Origin: Malacoraja senta
Lineage: Eukaryota
Direction of reading: 5' to 3'
DNA length: 64,000 bases
Assembly: GCA_038087875.1 (NCBI GenBank)
Contig: CM075997.1
Coordinates: 3,410,001 to 3,474,000, forward strand
The translations under genes and the position numbers were made by a program. The notes under the pieces are model-generated. The model had not been told where the DNA came from. It worked only from the letters and a program-made list of their open reading frames with translations, and did not search any database. Positions within the stretch are counted from its first letter, which is position 1. The number at the start of each line of letters is the position of its first letter. Of the stretch, positions 50,504-62,383 are shown one piece after another.

Positions 50504-53084
50504 TTGAATACAATGTAATTTCCTGTTTCTTACTACCTTAAGTCCAAAGCAAAGCTTGGAGTTTTGTATTCCCTTTAACGGCATTTTACTGTCAATTAAA
50601 TATATTTTAAAATAGAAGAGGAAAGGCTGAAAATACTTTTTAAAAGGTCAGAAAAAGTAATTGGAATAGGTGATTAGCAAGGTAGTCCAATCCTACTCTC
50701 CCTTTTCTGATATCCATCGTCCAACAGGAATCTCCAGCCAATAATTGGAAGCAAAGTTGAAGCAGATAGCTGGCATCTCATCCCTAAAGACTGAAATTAA
50801 TTGAAGCATCACAACTTGTTCCTGGCTGAGAGGTGCTTTGCTAATAGAGATCAAAAATTAATCTCTAAGAATTAATCAGTGAGTCCTGCTGCTAAATAAA
50901 GACATGGCAGGAAACAGTATTAATAACTACTTTTCAGTTCATCTCGGGTATTAGTGTGGTTTCATTTTTGACTGAATATCATCACCAAATAGCCATATCA
51001 GAAATAACAGGACATAAATGTAAGATAAAACAATTTTAAATCAGGTGTAGGGATGATCTGTAATTTTACAAGACCACAGGTTCTCTCCTTTTGTTCACCT
51101 TTTCCATTTTGCCCATCCTAATATCTGGATTGATCTCCCACCACCTAGTTCCAGCTGCCCATAACCCAATCATCTATCCACCTGGGTTTCTTCTCCCTTT
51201 TCCAACCTTTCAATTCCATCTGGTTCCATTATCATTCACTTATCTGGTTTCACTAATTACCTTCTACCCTGAGCCCCGCAGGGATCTGTCTGCCAACATT
51301 TGTTTTCATAATCTATTTCCATCTATCATCTACCTACTCGCCTCTGTCTCAAAACTAGACACCATTCCACCAGTTTCCACCTACCATAGACACGAAAATG
51401 GATGTGAAGAAGGGTCCAAACCCGAAACGTGTCTGAAGAAGGACCCTGACCCAAAAGGCCACCTGTTCATTTTCTCCATAGATGCCACCTAACCCACTGA
51501 GTTACTCCAGTACTTTATGTCTATATCTGGTATAAACCAGCATCTGCATTTCCTTTTTATTATATTTTGGTTCCACCTATTGTCTACCAGTCACTGTCTC
51601 ACCCCTCCCTTTCATCTCTTTAGACTGGTTATCTTCCCTCTCCACTCAAAGTCCTGATGCAGGGTCTGGATCTGAAACGTCGACCATCTCTTTGCCTCCA
51701 CAGATGCTGCCTGACATGCTGTTCCTCCAGCACTTTGCTTTTGCTCCAGATTCCAGCATCTGTTGTCACTTTGTTGTATTGCAACTTGTCTCTCCCAAAT
51801 ATCATAAACTGAACCCCAGCTTTGAAGCATACTCGAATGCACTATCTAGCTTTCCATTAAACTTTTATTTAAACCATTGCCTGCCAATTTGTTAAATTAA
51901 AATCCCATCTGTTCACCATTTCTCTTCAGAATTCGAGATGCTAGTCTTGGCTCAATAGGTGAACTTTATTATTGACAAATTGAATGCCAAATTACAAGCA
52001 GTTAAATATTTTGGATTTTATACTTGCAGTGTATATTTAACGAATGTAAACAGTAAAACCATCAAGACGGGAGATTTACAATCAATTCGTTATGTCAAAG
52101 AATTATTGATGTGAAATGTTAATCCACAGACGATGTCTGGTCTGCAAAGATTTTAAACATTTTTTTGCAGTCATAGTTTTTTGCTTTTGTTTACAACCAA
52201 AACATTTGGATTGGACCCCATAAACAAAAGCTTCCACTACAATGCTTCCATTACACTGTCACATTTGCAAGGCACTGCAATACTATATTATTTGAAAAAA
52301 CTAAATAAATCATAAATTCAGAAAATACAAAGCCATTTTCTTTAGTTTCATGACTAATATTTCATGCCCTTCACTCATGATTACCCAAATAAAATAGATT
52401 TTATTTGTTATGACTGCTGATTGTATAATCTTGAATTATGTGAAATTAAGGGTTATGTTATCATGATGATTAAATTATTGGACTGATATCTGGAAATGTG
52501 TTCAAAACCCAGAAATGCAGCTGAATAATTTATCAAGTTCATTAAATGGGTTGGGAGTAATAAAACTAAAATCACTATCTGTGAAACAACCAAACTCATA
52601 AAATTCCATCTGGTTCACAGATATTTGCAGGCAACAAAACCTGCTAATGAAAATTAAAAAAAACTAGAACTGAGGCAAAACCAAAAAATGCTGGAAATGC
52701 TCAGAAGACACGTCAGCATCTGTGGAAAGAGAAATTGTTAACGTTTCAGGTCTGGGACCTTTGTCGGAACAAAGTCTGCTAGCCCCCGGTGTGGTGAATG
52801 TGTATGCCCAGATCCAAAGGATTGAAGATGATTAAAATACCATTTAGCTCAAGAACCATTAGGACTATGCAACAAGTGGTATCTCACATTTCGAGAACAT
52901 ATGATACATAAATGATACTGGGAATATTGGTTGGGGATTGAGAAGTGGAGTGGGTATTCAGCAGAGATGGAACAACGAACAAGGGAGTCACAGAGGGAGT
53001 GATCCCTTGGGAATGTTGGAAAGGGAGGGTAATAGTTGCATCTCGGTGAAAATTATGGCCTTGGACGTGGCTGCTTTTCTGAAC

Positions 53085-53520
53085 CTGAGACCAGCGCCTG
53101 AGCCTGGCCAGGCCGCGCGCTGCGCGCCGCCGGGACGGTGCCGGCTGAGCACGTGCACGGGCACGCAGTCTGCGCACGTACGCAGCGACGCGCACGCTTG
53201 GCATCGAGCCGCGTTCACGCGAGTTCAGGGCGGTGGAGGCGGCGACGGCGAGGGCGAGGGCGAGGGCGAGGGCTGGACTGGTTCGGGCTCCGGTGAGTAA
53301 CCAGCGACTCCTTTGCCCCGATCGGCGGGCAGTTGTGGTTTACAAGGCCTGCGGTCCACACTCGGGTTGCGTCGCGGTGGAACGGGTCAGCCGCGCTGCC
53401 TCAAATTGAGTCCCAGGCTTGGGGACAACGGCTAGGCCGCAGCGCTGCCCCCGGGTTGCCTGCACCACCCCACAACTCACGCCGGAGCTGCTGCAACCCG
53501 CCCCGGGCGTCTGGCCTCTG
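53085..53520 (+). promoter_or_regulatory. CpG-island promoter and probable non-coding first exon (donor CCG|GTGAGT after 53292) of an unidentified plus-strand gene
   Basis: CpG-dense; GCGCAC/CACGTG-type motifs; (GGCGAG)4; strong donor; no ATG-initiated coding exon seen. Confidence 0.65.
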
Positions 53521-53823
53521 CTCGGGGCAATTAGATATTTACAGCCACCGGGGTTTACTCACCTGAGATGAAACTCCCCAGGTCTGAAGTGATCCATTGA
53601 TGGAGTGATGCAGTCATCTTCCGCCTCTTATCTGGAGTTTTATTCAATTTTATTTAAATCCTGGGATTTTCATTCCAAACGTGGGAGTTTAGCTTCATTT
53701 TGAGACTAAAGTTGGTTTCTTGAACTGGATTCTCAGAAAATGTATTTGAGGCAGATATAATAGCGTAACAATAATAATAAAATACAGTTGGACGGGTACA
53801 TGGATAAGAGGTTTAGAGGAATA

Positions 53824-54662
53824 CTAGACAAAGTGAGACCCTTGGGTCCCTGTCACATGGGAGGCTTGGTCCCCCAACGCAACCCATTCCCCCAACGCAA
53901 TATTCCACCACTCACCATAGCCCCCACGGGAGTCCTGGTCTCCCAACGCAACCCGTTCCCCAACACCATATTCCACCACTCTCCTGTTCCCCCAACGCAA
54001 TATTCCACCACTCACCCGTTCCCCCAACGCAATATTCCACCACGTACCCATAGCCCCCACGGGACTCCTGGTCCCCCAACGCAACCCGTTCCCCAACGCA
54101 ATATTACAACACTCACCCGTTCCCCCAATGCAATATTCCACCACTCACCCATAGCCCCCACGAGACTCCTGGCCCCCCAACACAAACCCGTTCCCCAACA
54201 CAATACTCCGCCACTCACCCATAGCCCCCACGGGAGTCCTGGTCCCCCAACGCATTATTCCACCACTCGCCCGTTTCTCCCAACGTAATATTCCACCACT
54301 CACCTCCAACTGCGCAAGCGCGGCTCATTTCCCCTCATCCCCCAGCACTCTATCTCCCTCCTCTTCACCATCCCTCTTTTCAAAATTTAAAAAAAATCCA
54401 ATTCCCGTGCCCTGCCCCTGCACATTACAATGTTTCAAATGAGAGGACTCAGTGTCCTGTCTTTGTAACATTGTAACGGGCATGGGAATTTGATTTTTAC
54501 AGTGAAAAGTTAACTGAAAAGTAAAATTTTTAAAGTGAGTAATCCGGCACAAAATTTGTAGCGCTATCGTGTACCGTTTTGGTGTAATTTCAGTCATAAC
54601 GGACAGACAGGCAGACAAACAAGATGAGAGTTTTAGTAATATATAGATAGATAGATAGAAGA
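53824..54662 (-). mobile_element. Non-autonomous Helitron with internal minisatellite
   Basis: On the minus strand it starts TC(TTCTATCTATCTATC..) and ends with hairpin GGGACCCAAGGGTCTC plus CTAG. It is inserted between A and T with no TSD and splits a CR1 tail (..GAGGAATA | TGTATC..). Confidence 0.88.
53865..54305. repeat. Composite minisatellite (CCCCAACGCAATATTCCACCACTCACCC.. units of about 17-50 bp) inside the Helitron
   Basis: Tandem repetition is directly visible. Confidence 0.9.
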
Positions 54663-54969
54663 TGTATCAATTGCGGGCATTTGGGACTGTCTTAGGTGAG
54701 GCATTTATGTTGGCATGGAAGAGCTGAATGGCCTGCTTCTGTATAATATACAGAAATTCTCTAATATAAAATTATTTATCTTTGCTACCCAGCCTCTGTT
54801 AAAGTGAGTGTATAATGCTGGAAATTGCAGAACTTTTAAAATCTGCGTTGGGTCGGGGTCGAGACTGAAGAAGGGTCTCGACCCGAAACGCCACCTCCTC
54901 CCTTCTCTCCAGAGATGCTGCCTGAGTTACTCCAGCTTTTCGTGTCTATCTTCTGTATAATGCTGGCCC

Positions 54970-55480
54970 CCATTTGGGGAATTGTTTGTCATCTACATCA
55001 ACGAATTGGATGAGAATATTGAAGGCATCAATAGTACATTTGCAGATGTTGCCAGGTCTGGAGGGACTCAGTTTTCGGGAGATGTTGGGCAAACTAGAAC
55101 TTTATACCTTGGAGAATGAGAGATGATCTTAAGGGATGTATAAAATCATGAGAAATGTAGATTGGGTGAATGCATACCCCCACCACCCCCCTCCCAGCAT
55201 TTGGGAATCAAGAACTAGATGGCTTAGGTTTAAGTGTTAGGGAAAGATTTCACAGTAACTTGAGGGACGACTATGTCACACACAGTGGTACGAAAATGGA
55301 ATGAGCTGCCGGTGGAAGCGGTTTAGGCAATAACAACATTCTAGGGATGTTTGGCCAAGTACATGGACAGGGCAGGTTTTGAGGGATATGGGTCAAATGC
55401 AGGCAAATGGGACTAGCTTTAATGGGCATGTTGATCGAATGAGAGAAGGCCTTTCTTTGTGCTGTGTAATTCTGTGATGA
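54970..55480 (+). mobile_element. Degenerate CR1-like LINE 3' fragment
   Basis: FVIYINELDENIEG..FAD-like text and CR1 tail. Confidence 0.65.
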
Positions 55481-55904
55481 CAGTTTTGTGACTTTAATTT
55501 CTGTAAAACAAACTGCAAGGTTTGGTTTGCGCTATGGCTGACAATTTGGTCTCTTAAATATTTTCAAGTACTTGGGGGAAAAAGTTTTGACAAGTACTAA
55601 TCATTGCATTTCCATGATTTTTCTCGTTGAAAAATCATTTTTTTGATTATAACTTTTGTGCTTGGATAAAGTAGAGTTTGTTGGCTTTGGAATTTCAACC
55701 AGCATCTATCAACCATTTGGGTCATTTAAAGTACCAATTGGAAGCATCATTGAAACTTGCCTATCTTGAAGTTCTTGAAACATTGAGGGTGAGCTTTCAC
55801 AAACACTGGTGTGATAACGGCCATGTTGTTTGTTTTGATATTGGTCAACAAATAAAAATCTAGGGTGGTGGGGTAGTGTTTTGCTTGTCAAAATTCCCGC
55901 ATGA

Positions 55905-56640
55905 TACAATAATACAATACAATACAATACAATAATACTTTATTAGCCAAGTATGTTTTGCAACATACGAGGAATTTCATTTGCCAAGTCAGTCATACAA
56001 ATAAAAAGCCACAGAACACACAAAATACATTTCAACATAAACATCTACCACAGTGACTCCTCCACATTCCTCACTGTGATGGAAGGCGAAAAAACGTTCA
56101 ATCTCTTCCCTTCTTTGTTCGCCTTCTGTTGCCGGGATGATCTTACTCCCGTAGCCGGGGGAGTGTGGGGCCTCCTCGTCGGGGGCGATCATTCCTGCAT
56201 CGGAGGGGGGAAATCTCAGCTCCCCTCCGCTGGGCGATCTGACCTTCTGGGTCGTTGGAGTTCCCGACATCCACGGTCTCTCCCGAGACTGCGGGCTCTC
56301 GATGGTAAAGTCCGCAGGCCGAGGTTGGAGCGCCGATCCCAGGCAAGGGATCTGCTCCAATGGTAAGTCCATGGTAAGTGGGGCTCAAACTCAGTCCCGA
56401 GGAGGCCTCCCGAGGAGGCCTCCAGCTCCAAGAGCGCAGAGCGACCGGAGATGCGAACCAGAAAACAATCGCATCTCCGGCAGGGTAAGGGATTGAAAAA
56501 AAAAAGCCCCCCCCCTCCCCCACATAAAACAAACCAGAGAACATTAAAACAAACTTTCAAAACACACTAAAAATAACACAAAACACGAAAAAACAGACAG
56601 ACTGTTGGCAAGGCTGCCAATCGTACGGCGCCCCTGGTGG
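55905..56640 (-). mobile_element. Non-autonomous retroelement with (TATTG)n tail, related to 10897-11287
   Basis: (CAATA)n array at the left end; shared head and internal motifs; GC-rich interior. Confidence 0.6.
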
Positions 56641-56934
56641 TATACACAAGATGCAGATATTGGGTTCTTGAGCAATTAAACAAATTACTGGGGGATCTCT
56701 GGACAGACGGTGTCTGTGGAGGTTCTTCAAGCATAGTCTCACCCAAAAAAAGCAATTGCTAGGGGATCTTTGGAGGTCAGGCAGTATCTTTAGCAGTTCT
56801 TCAGCAATATTCTTACCCAGACCCGCTGCCACAATCCTTCCTCAAAATTTGTCATTGCTGTCATTTTGTTCAGTGTGGATACTAGTTCTGTTTCTAGGCC
56901 TCCCAGTTCGGTCCCAGCCAGGATCTTGGGTACC

Positions 56935-57185
56935 TATGCGAATGAAAGAATTGCAGATGCTGGTTTACACCGAAGATGGACACTATGTCAGAGTAACTCA
57001 GTGGGTCAGGCAGCATATCTGGAGAAAAGGAATAGGTGACGTTTCAGGTTGAGACTTTTTTAGACTGAAGCCAGTCTAAACATCCAGTCTGAAGAACGGT
57101 CTCGACCCGAAATGTCACCTATTCCTTTTCTCCAGAGATGCTGCCTGACCAGCAGAGTTGATCCAGCATTTTGCGTCTATCTCAG
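56935..57185. mobile_element. Palindromic Penelope pLTR-derived unit (diverged)
   Basis: Inverted copies of the CTGAAGA..GAAA / GATGCTGCCTGACC unit. Confidence 0.65.
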
Positions 57186-60100
57186 ATACCTATGCTCCAT
57201 TCATCACTGCGCCCACCATTTCCCACTCTGCCATCTACTTTGCCCGTTCTACCGTGCATCGACGTTACCTACAGGCCTTTTCTCAGGTCAATCTGGTGAG
57301 TGATCTGACCCACAATGTCATCTGTCCGTGTCCCTCCGCAGATGCTGCCTAATCCGCTTAGTTCCTCTAGCTGATTTTTGTTTATCATTTCAGGTAATAC
57401 CTTACCAGATAAGTTCTTAGTAGTAATTATTGGTTTTGGTTAAATAATTAACTGACACCATTAGTTGTGCTGTACCAGCCATGCGCAGGCCTGGTTATTT
57501 TGCATAAAAAACCCTACAGTAGGACAAGCCGACAAAATAATCCACAACCATGATATGCAAATATTCAGGTCACGATTGAACCACGAATAAGTGAATTGTC
57601 GAAGCACATACACTGCCTTGGAAGTCTCCCGTTTGTCCCATTTTGCTTTGCTGAGGTTTCTGTGTTTCCAGCAAATGTGTAGTCAGTTGAAAGAGCTTTC
57701 CTCGTCATTTGACACTCCTTTTTTCATATCTTTCCTCAGTTGAAAGATGTTGGAAGATGATTCAATGGTGGTTTGGGATTGAATGTTTACCTGAAAAGTA
57801 TAATAAATGGAAGGCTATATGGGGAAGAGCTGCAGAATGGGACAAATATGGTATTATACCTTTAAAATAGCTCACATGGACATAATTGAATGGTCACTTT
57901 CTAGGTTTTATGACAAAGCATTAGTTTAAAGATTTTTATGCACGGTACGAGGGGGAAGGTTTAAGTAGCAAATACCAGCACTCTTAGGGCCAGGTAGCTG
58001 AAAGCACAGTGCAGAGCTTGGAAGAGAGTGGAATGAAGCACACATCTAAGCAGGTTACAACCATTGAGCGGTTTGAAAACAAGAGTAAGCGGAGTAAGGA
58101 TTGTAGACAATGGCGCAGGCATGATTGTGCACGAGTGAGTGTTGGGATGAGAACAGCAGAGTTTTGGATGACCCTAGAATGACAAAGAGTAGAAGATTTG
58201 AGTCCAGATGGAATAACTTGCAACAATTAGACGAAGAGATGATAAAGATATTGTGTGAGAATTTCAGCAAGATGGAATCTGACAGTCGAAAGAAGGTGGA
58301 AGTAGTGCGTAGGAAGATACTGCAGATGCTGATAGGTACAAAATGCTAGAGTAACTCAGCGGGATAGGCAACATTATGGAGAGATGACATTTTGGGTCGA
58401 GACCTCTCTTCAGACTGAGTTAGGAGAGAGGGAATCTAGAGATATCGAAGGGTCGTGGTGAAAACGACAGATCAAAGCAGACGGTGATCAAGGAAATGTA
58501 GAATGGTTCATTGTTGGCTGAGGGGAAGGTGACAACGAGGCATACAAACAGTAAAATTAAACAGGACAGTTTTGAAACTAGTTGGAGAACTTGCCATGAT
58601 CGTAACCCCATTCAGGGTCAGTTCTAACAGCAACTATGCAAATGGCCTCAGGATTTCCATGTGATCTAGTAAAAGGGTCAGGTCGGGAGGAGTTCCGCCC
58701 ACCACGGGTACCATGTAATCCCGTGCTACCTGCTCCATTGTCGGATAGTCGGCGACTAAACCGTCTCCCTCACCTGGTTTGCCAGGTGAGGAGGGGGCTG
58801 TGGACCCCCAGCAGGACCAAAAACATGACCTGTCAATAAGCTTCCATTGAGCCAACGGCCGTCCACACTTCAGTAGAAGTTGCGATCACTGTCGTACATA
58901 GCATTGGAAGAAATGATAATAAAGTACATACACCAAAATCCTATCCTTCCAGCGGCAGAAGTCCGCAGGAACTGGAGGACAGAGATGTGTGGTGCGTCCA
59001 TCACAGTTCCCGTCGGAAACCAGCACCGCTAATGTTTTCAACGATGATGAATAGTAAAAAGGATGTGCATGGAATGAAGCAGGCTGGGCTATAATGGTTC
59101 TGTGGTTGATATCCTCTCTCAGGACCTAGACTCGGATGAGGAATGTTCTTAACGGTGTGCTGTGATATTAAGGGTTAACTGACACCTGAGATACAGAACT
59201 ATTCAGAAAGGGAAGATCATATGAATTTACATTGCAATTTGCAAGTCTACAATATATGGGAATATGCTTCAGGTTGGGCAGTATATGTGGAGAGAGAAAA
59301 ACCGTTACCGTTTCAGATTTGAGGTGCTTCCTTTGAATTGGAAAAGCAAGAGAATAGGTTATAGAGCGAGCAAAAGAATTGACTGAGTGGATGGAGGCCA
59401 AAGTGGTCTTGATTGTCACAGCTGATTTCATTGCTATATAAGATGATAAGGGCGGAGAGAAAATAGATGCTGGAACTAGAGAACTGAGATGCAGGCCACA
59501 GTTGCAGGGAATCTGCAACAAAAGATAATGTTGAAATCATTCTGCAGGTGTCAGCATCTGTGGGAAGAGAAAAGCTGAGTTCATGTTGCGGCTGGATTAG
59601 CCTACATAATAATTGGCGGTTTATGATATAAATAAGCAAGGTGCGTAATCTGAAATTGATGATTTCAATCTTGAGTTGACTTCGGTATTCATAAATTATT
59701 AATGTGCCAAGGTGAAAAATTAGGTTCTGTTACTTGAACTTTCACTGAAGTTCACTGACATGGTTAAGGAAATCAAAGAGAGAGGTCCCATGGTGGGTTT
59801 GTGATCGCCTTTGCAAACTGAACCATAACCATAGTTGCCTCATCTCCATTTGGCTTCTCCAATACAGGATAGTTATTATCTATACTTTTGATGCTGTCCA
59901 GTAGTCGTTTTGTTATTAGTTTGATAATTAGGTTCATGTTCTCCACTAGCTTGTTTTTATTTTTCTGTTTTCTTTCTACATTCATTTTTTGGGATATGGT
60001 TTCATTGATGGAGCCAGTATTTATTGTTTTTCCATCAGTACATCGAGAAGGTGGCAATGAGCCACTTCCTTGAACATCTGCACTCCTCATTGTGAAGCTT

Positions 60101-60984
60101 CATTCACAATGCTGTTAGAAAGAATGTTCCAGGATTTAGACACAGCAAGTGCTAATGATTATATTTCAATGTCAGCAAAGAGCTTAGACGGGCACAGTGG
60201 CGCAGCTGGTATAGCCGCCGAATCACAGTGCCAGAGATCCAGGTTCGATCCTCACCTCGGGTGCTGTCTATGTGACGTTTCCAATATCCTTTCAAATTTT
60301 GCTTTTCTATTATGAGGATTTTTAAAATTGTTGTGCGAAGGTAGCTGAAAGGGACTGTGTGTTGGAAGAATTTCTACGTCTCTCTTTCTGCAAGAATATT
60401 GTAAAATGAGCGATTTGTACGGGAAAAGGAAGTGCTTTCATTGAATAAGCAAACAACAGAGAGAGGATAAAAAGGTAAACATAAACATTTTCCGTTTATA
60501 ATCTGGACATGACCCAAAATGATGCACCAACAATATGCCTCAACTTCAAGCTTATGAGCAGCAGTGTGATTTTCTGAATATAATGCCTGAGCAAACTTGC
60601 CATCTATGTTGAAACAATCCTTTTGAGCATCTGGGACATGATTGAAGTTTTCAGCTTCTGAAGAGAAATGTTAATTCTGTCGATTAAGGTTGAATTAAAC
60701 CCCAATCTAAAATTATAGGAAAATTTAATAGTATGAAATACATTGGGTACCAACCTGTCACAATGCTATTGTAGGCATTAGCACAGAAATTACCAATTAT
60801 TCCCAGTTTCCAAATTTTTGCATGAAATTTCTGATTTAGTTTTAAATTAATCTTGTGTTAAATTCTCACAGTTGTTCAAGAATAATGTGAATGTGAAAAA
60901 TTATCTTTTGGAACTTGCACTTTTTTGTTTCTCTTTTCATTTTTCACAATGTTGATGATACCAGAATAGCTTGCCATGTCCTTA

Positions 60985-61588
60985 AAGGCCTGTCTCACGG
61001 GTTTGCGGTCATTGGCGGTGAAACAGGAAGTTTCTACCGCTCGTGGACCGCCAGAGACCGCGGTGTCGGTCCAACGCACACCGCCGGGGCCGTGCGGTGT
61101 TGATCCCAACACCGCACGGTGCTCACAAAAAAACAACAATGTCGAAAAAACTATTCCTACCGCACAGCCGCCGCCAGTGAGGCACGAGTGCGGCACGGGC
61201 ACCGCCACAGCCGCCGCCAGTGCGGCACGAGCGCCGTGAGTTGAACTTTCACCGCCACAGCCGCTGCCAGTGAGGCACGTGTGCGGCACGGGCACCGCCA
61301 CAGCCGCCGCCATAGCGCCGCGATCACCACTACCGCTGCCACAGCCCCGCGATCCAAAATGACGTCATCGCGTAGCGCGTCGCGTTGCGCGATGACGTCA
61401 TCGCGTAGCGCATCGCGTTGCGCGATGTCGTCATCACCCGACGCCGCAAGCTCGTGGAACCAGCCGTACGGAGATCACTCGGCCCCCGCGCAGCATCCGT
61501 GCGGCGCTCTCGCGTTTGCCGTGCGGTCCCCTCTTCCGGCGACGCCGCGCTTCACCGCCAATGACCGCAACCCCGTGAGACAGAGCCT
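60985..61588. mobile_element. PIF/Harbinger-like MITE with TTA TSD
   Basis: TTA|AAGGCCTGTCTCACGGGTTTGCGGTCATTGGCGGTGAA ... TTCACCGCCAATGACCGCAACCCCGTGAGACAGAGCCT|TTA. Confidence 0.88.
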
Positions 61589-61609
61589 TTAGTGTGGCCC
61601 AACCAAGAT

Positions 61610-62220
61610 GCTATACAAGTGTAACAATTTAAATCTATATATTGGCGACATTAAGCATAGGCTTGGCAGTCGTTTCGCTGAACATCCCCGCTCTCCCGGT
61701 CTCCCGGTTGCCAAACACTTTAACTCCCTCTCCCATTCCCACACTGACCTTTCTGTCCTGGGCCTCCTCCACTGTCAGAGTGAGGCCCAACACAAATTGG
61801 AGGAACAGCACCTCATATTTTGCTTAGGCCGCTTACACCCCAGCGATATGAATATTGATTTCTCTACATTTCCTTAGTCATCGTCCCATTTAATCTGTGT
61901 TTTCGCACCTTACCCTTTCAAATCTTTCTCTCCATCTCCCCTGACTCAGTCTGAAGAAGGGTCTCAACCCAAAAAGTCACCCATTCCTTCTCTCCAGAGA
62001 TGCTGCTTGTCCTGCTGAGTTACTCCAGCATTTTGTGTCTATCTTCGGTGTAAACCAACATCTGTAGTTCCTTCCTAACCATTTATCTCCGTCTGAAGAA
62101 GGGTCCCGGCCCATAATGTTGTCTGTCTATTTCCTCCCATAGATGCTGCCTGACCCGCTGCGTTCCTGCAGCAGTTTTCTTTGCTCATGATTCCAGCAAC
62201 TGTAGTGTCTTGTGTCTCCA
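61610..62220 (+). mobile_element. Penelope-like element 3' end: GIY-YIG endonuclease remnant followed by tandem pLTR units
   Basis: LYIGDIKHRLGSRFAEH..PVAKHFNSLSHSHTDLSVLGLLHCQSEAQHKLEEQHLIFCLGRLHPSDMNIDFS; CTGAAGA units at 61951 and 62093. Confidence 0.85.
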
Positions 62221-62383
62221 ATCACTCTACTTTTCAACAATTTCTTTGGACAGGAACACCTATACTATGATACTTATTAACCCATAATGCTATTTGTAGT
62301 AATTTATAAATGTCCCATTTATAGCAATGAGATCTACGTGTATTTATGATTGATTCATTGATTTACCCGTTTTAAACTGGAAT

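Noticed and set aside
53865-54305. CRISPR-like array or 166-aa ORF
   Set aside because: Tandem minisatellite without unique spacers, inside a Helitron in a vertebrate genome.
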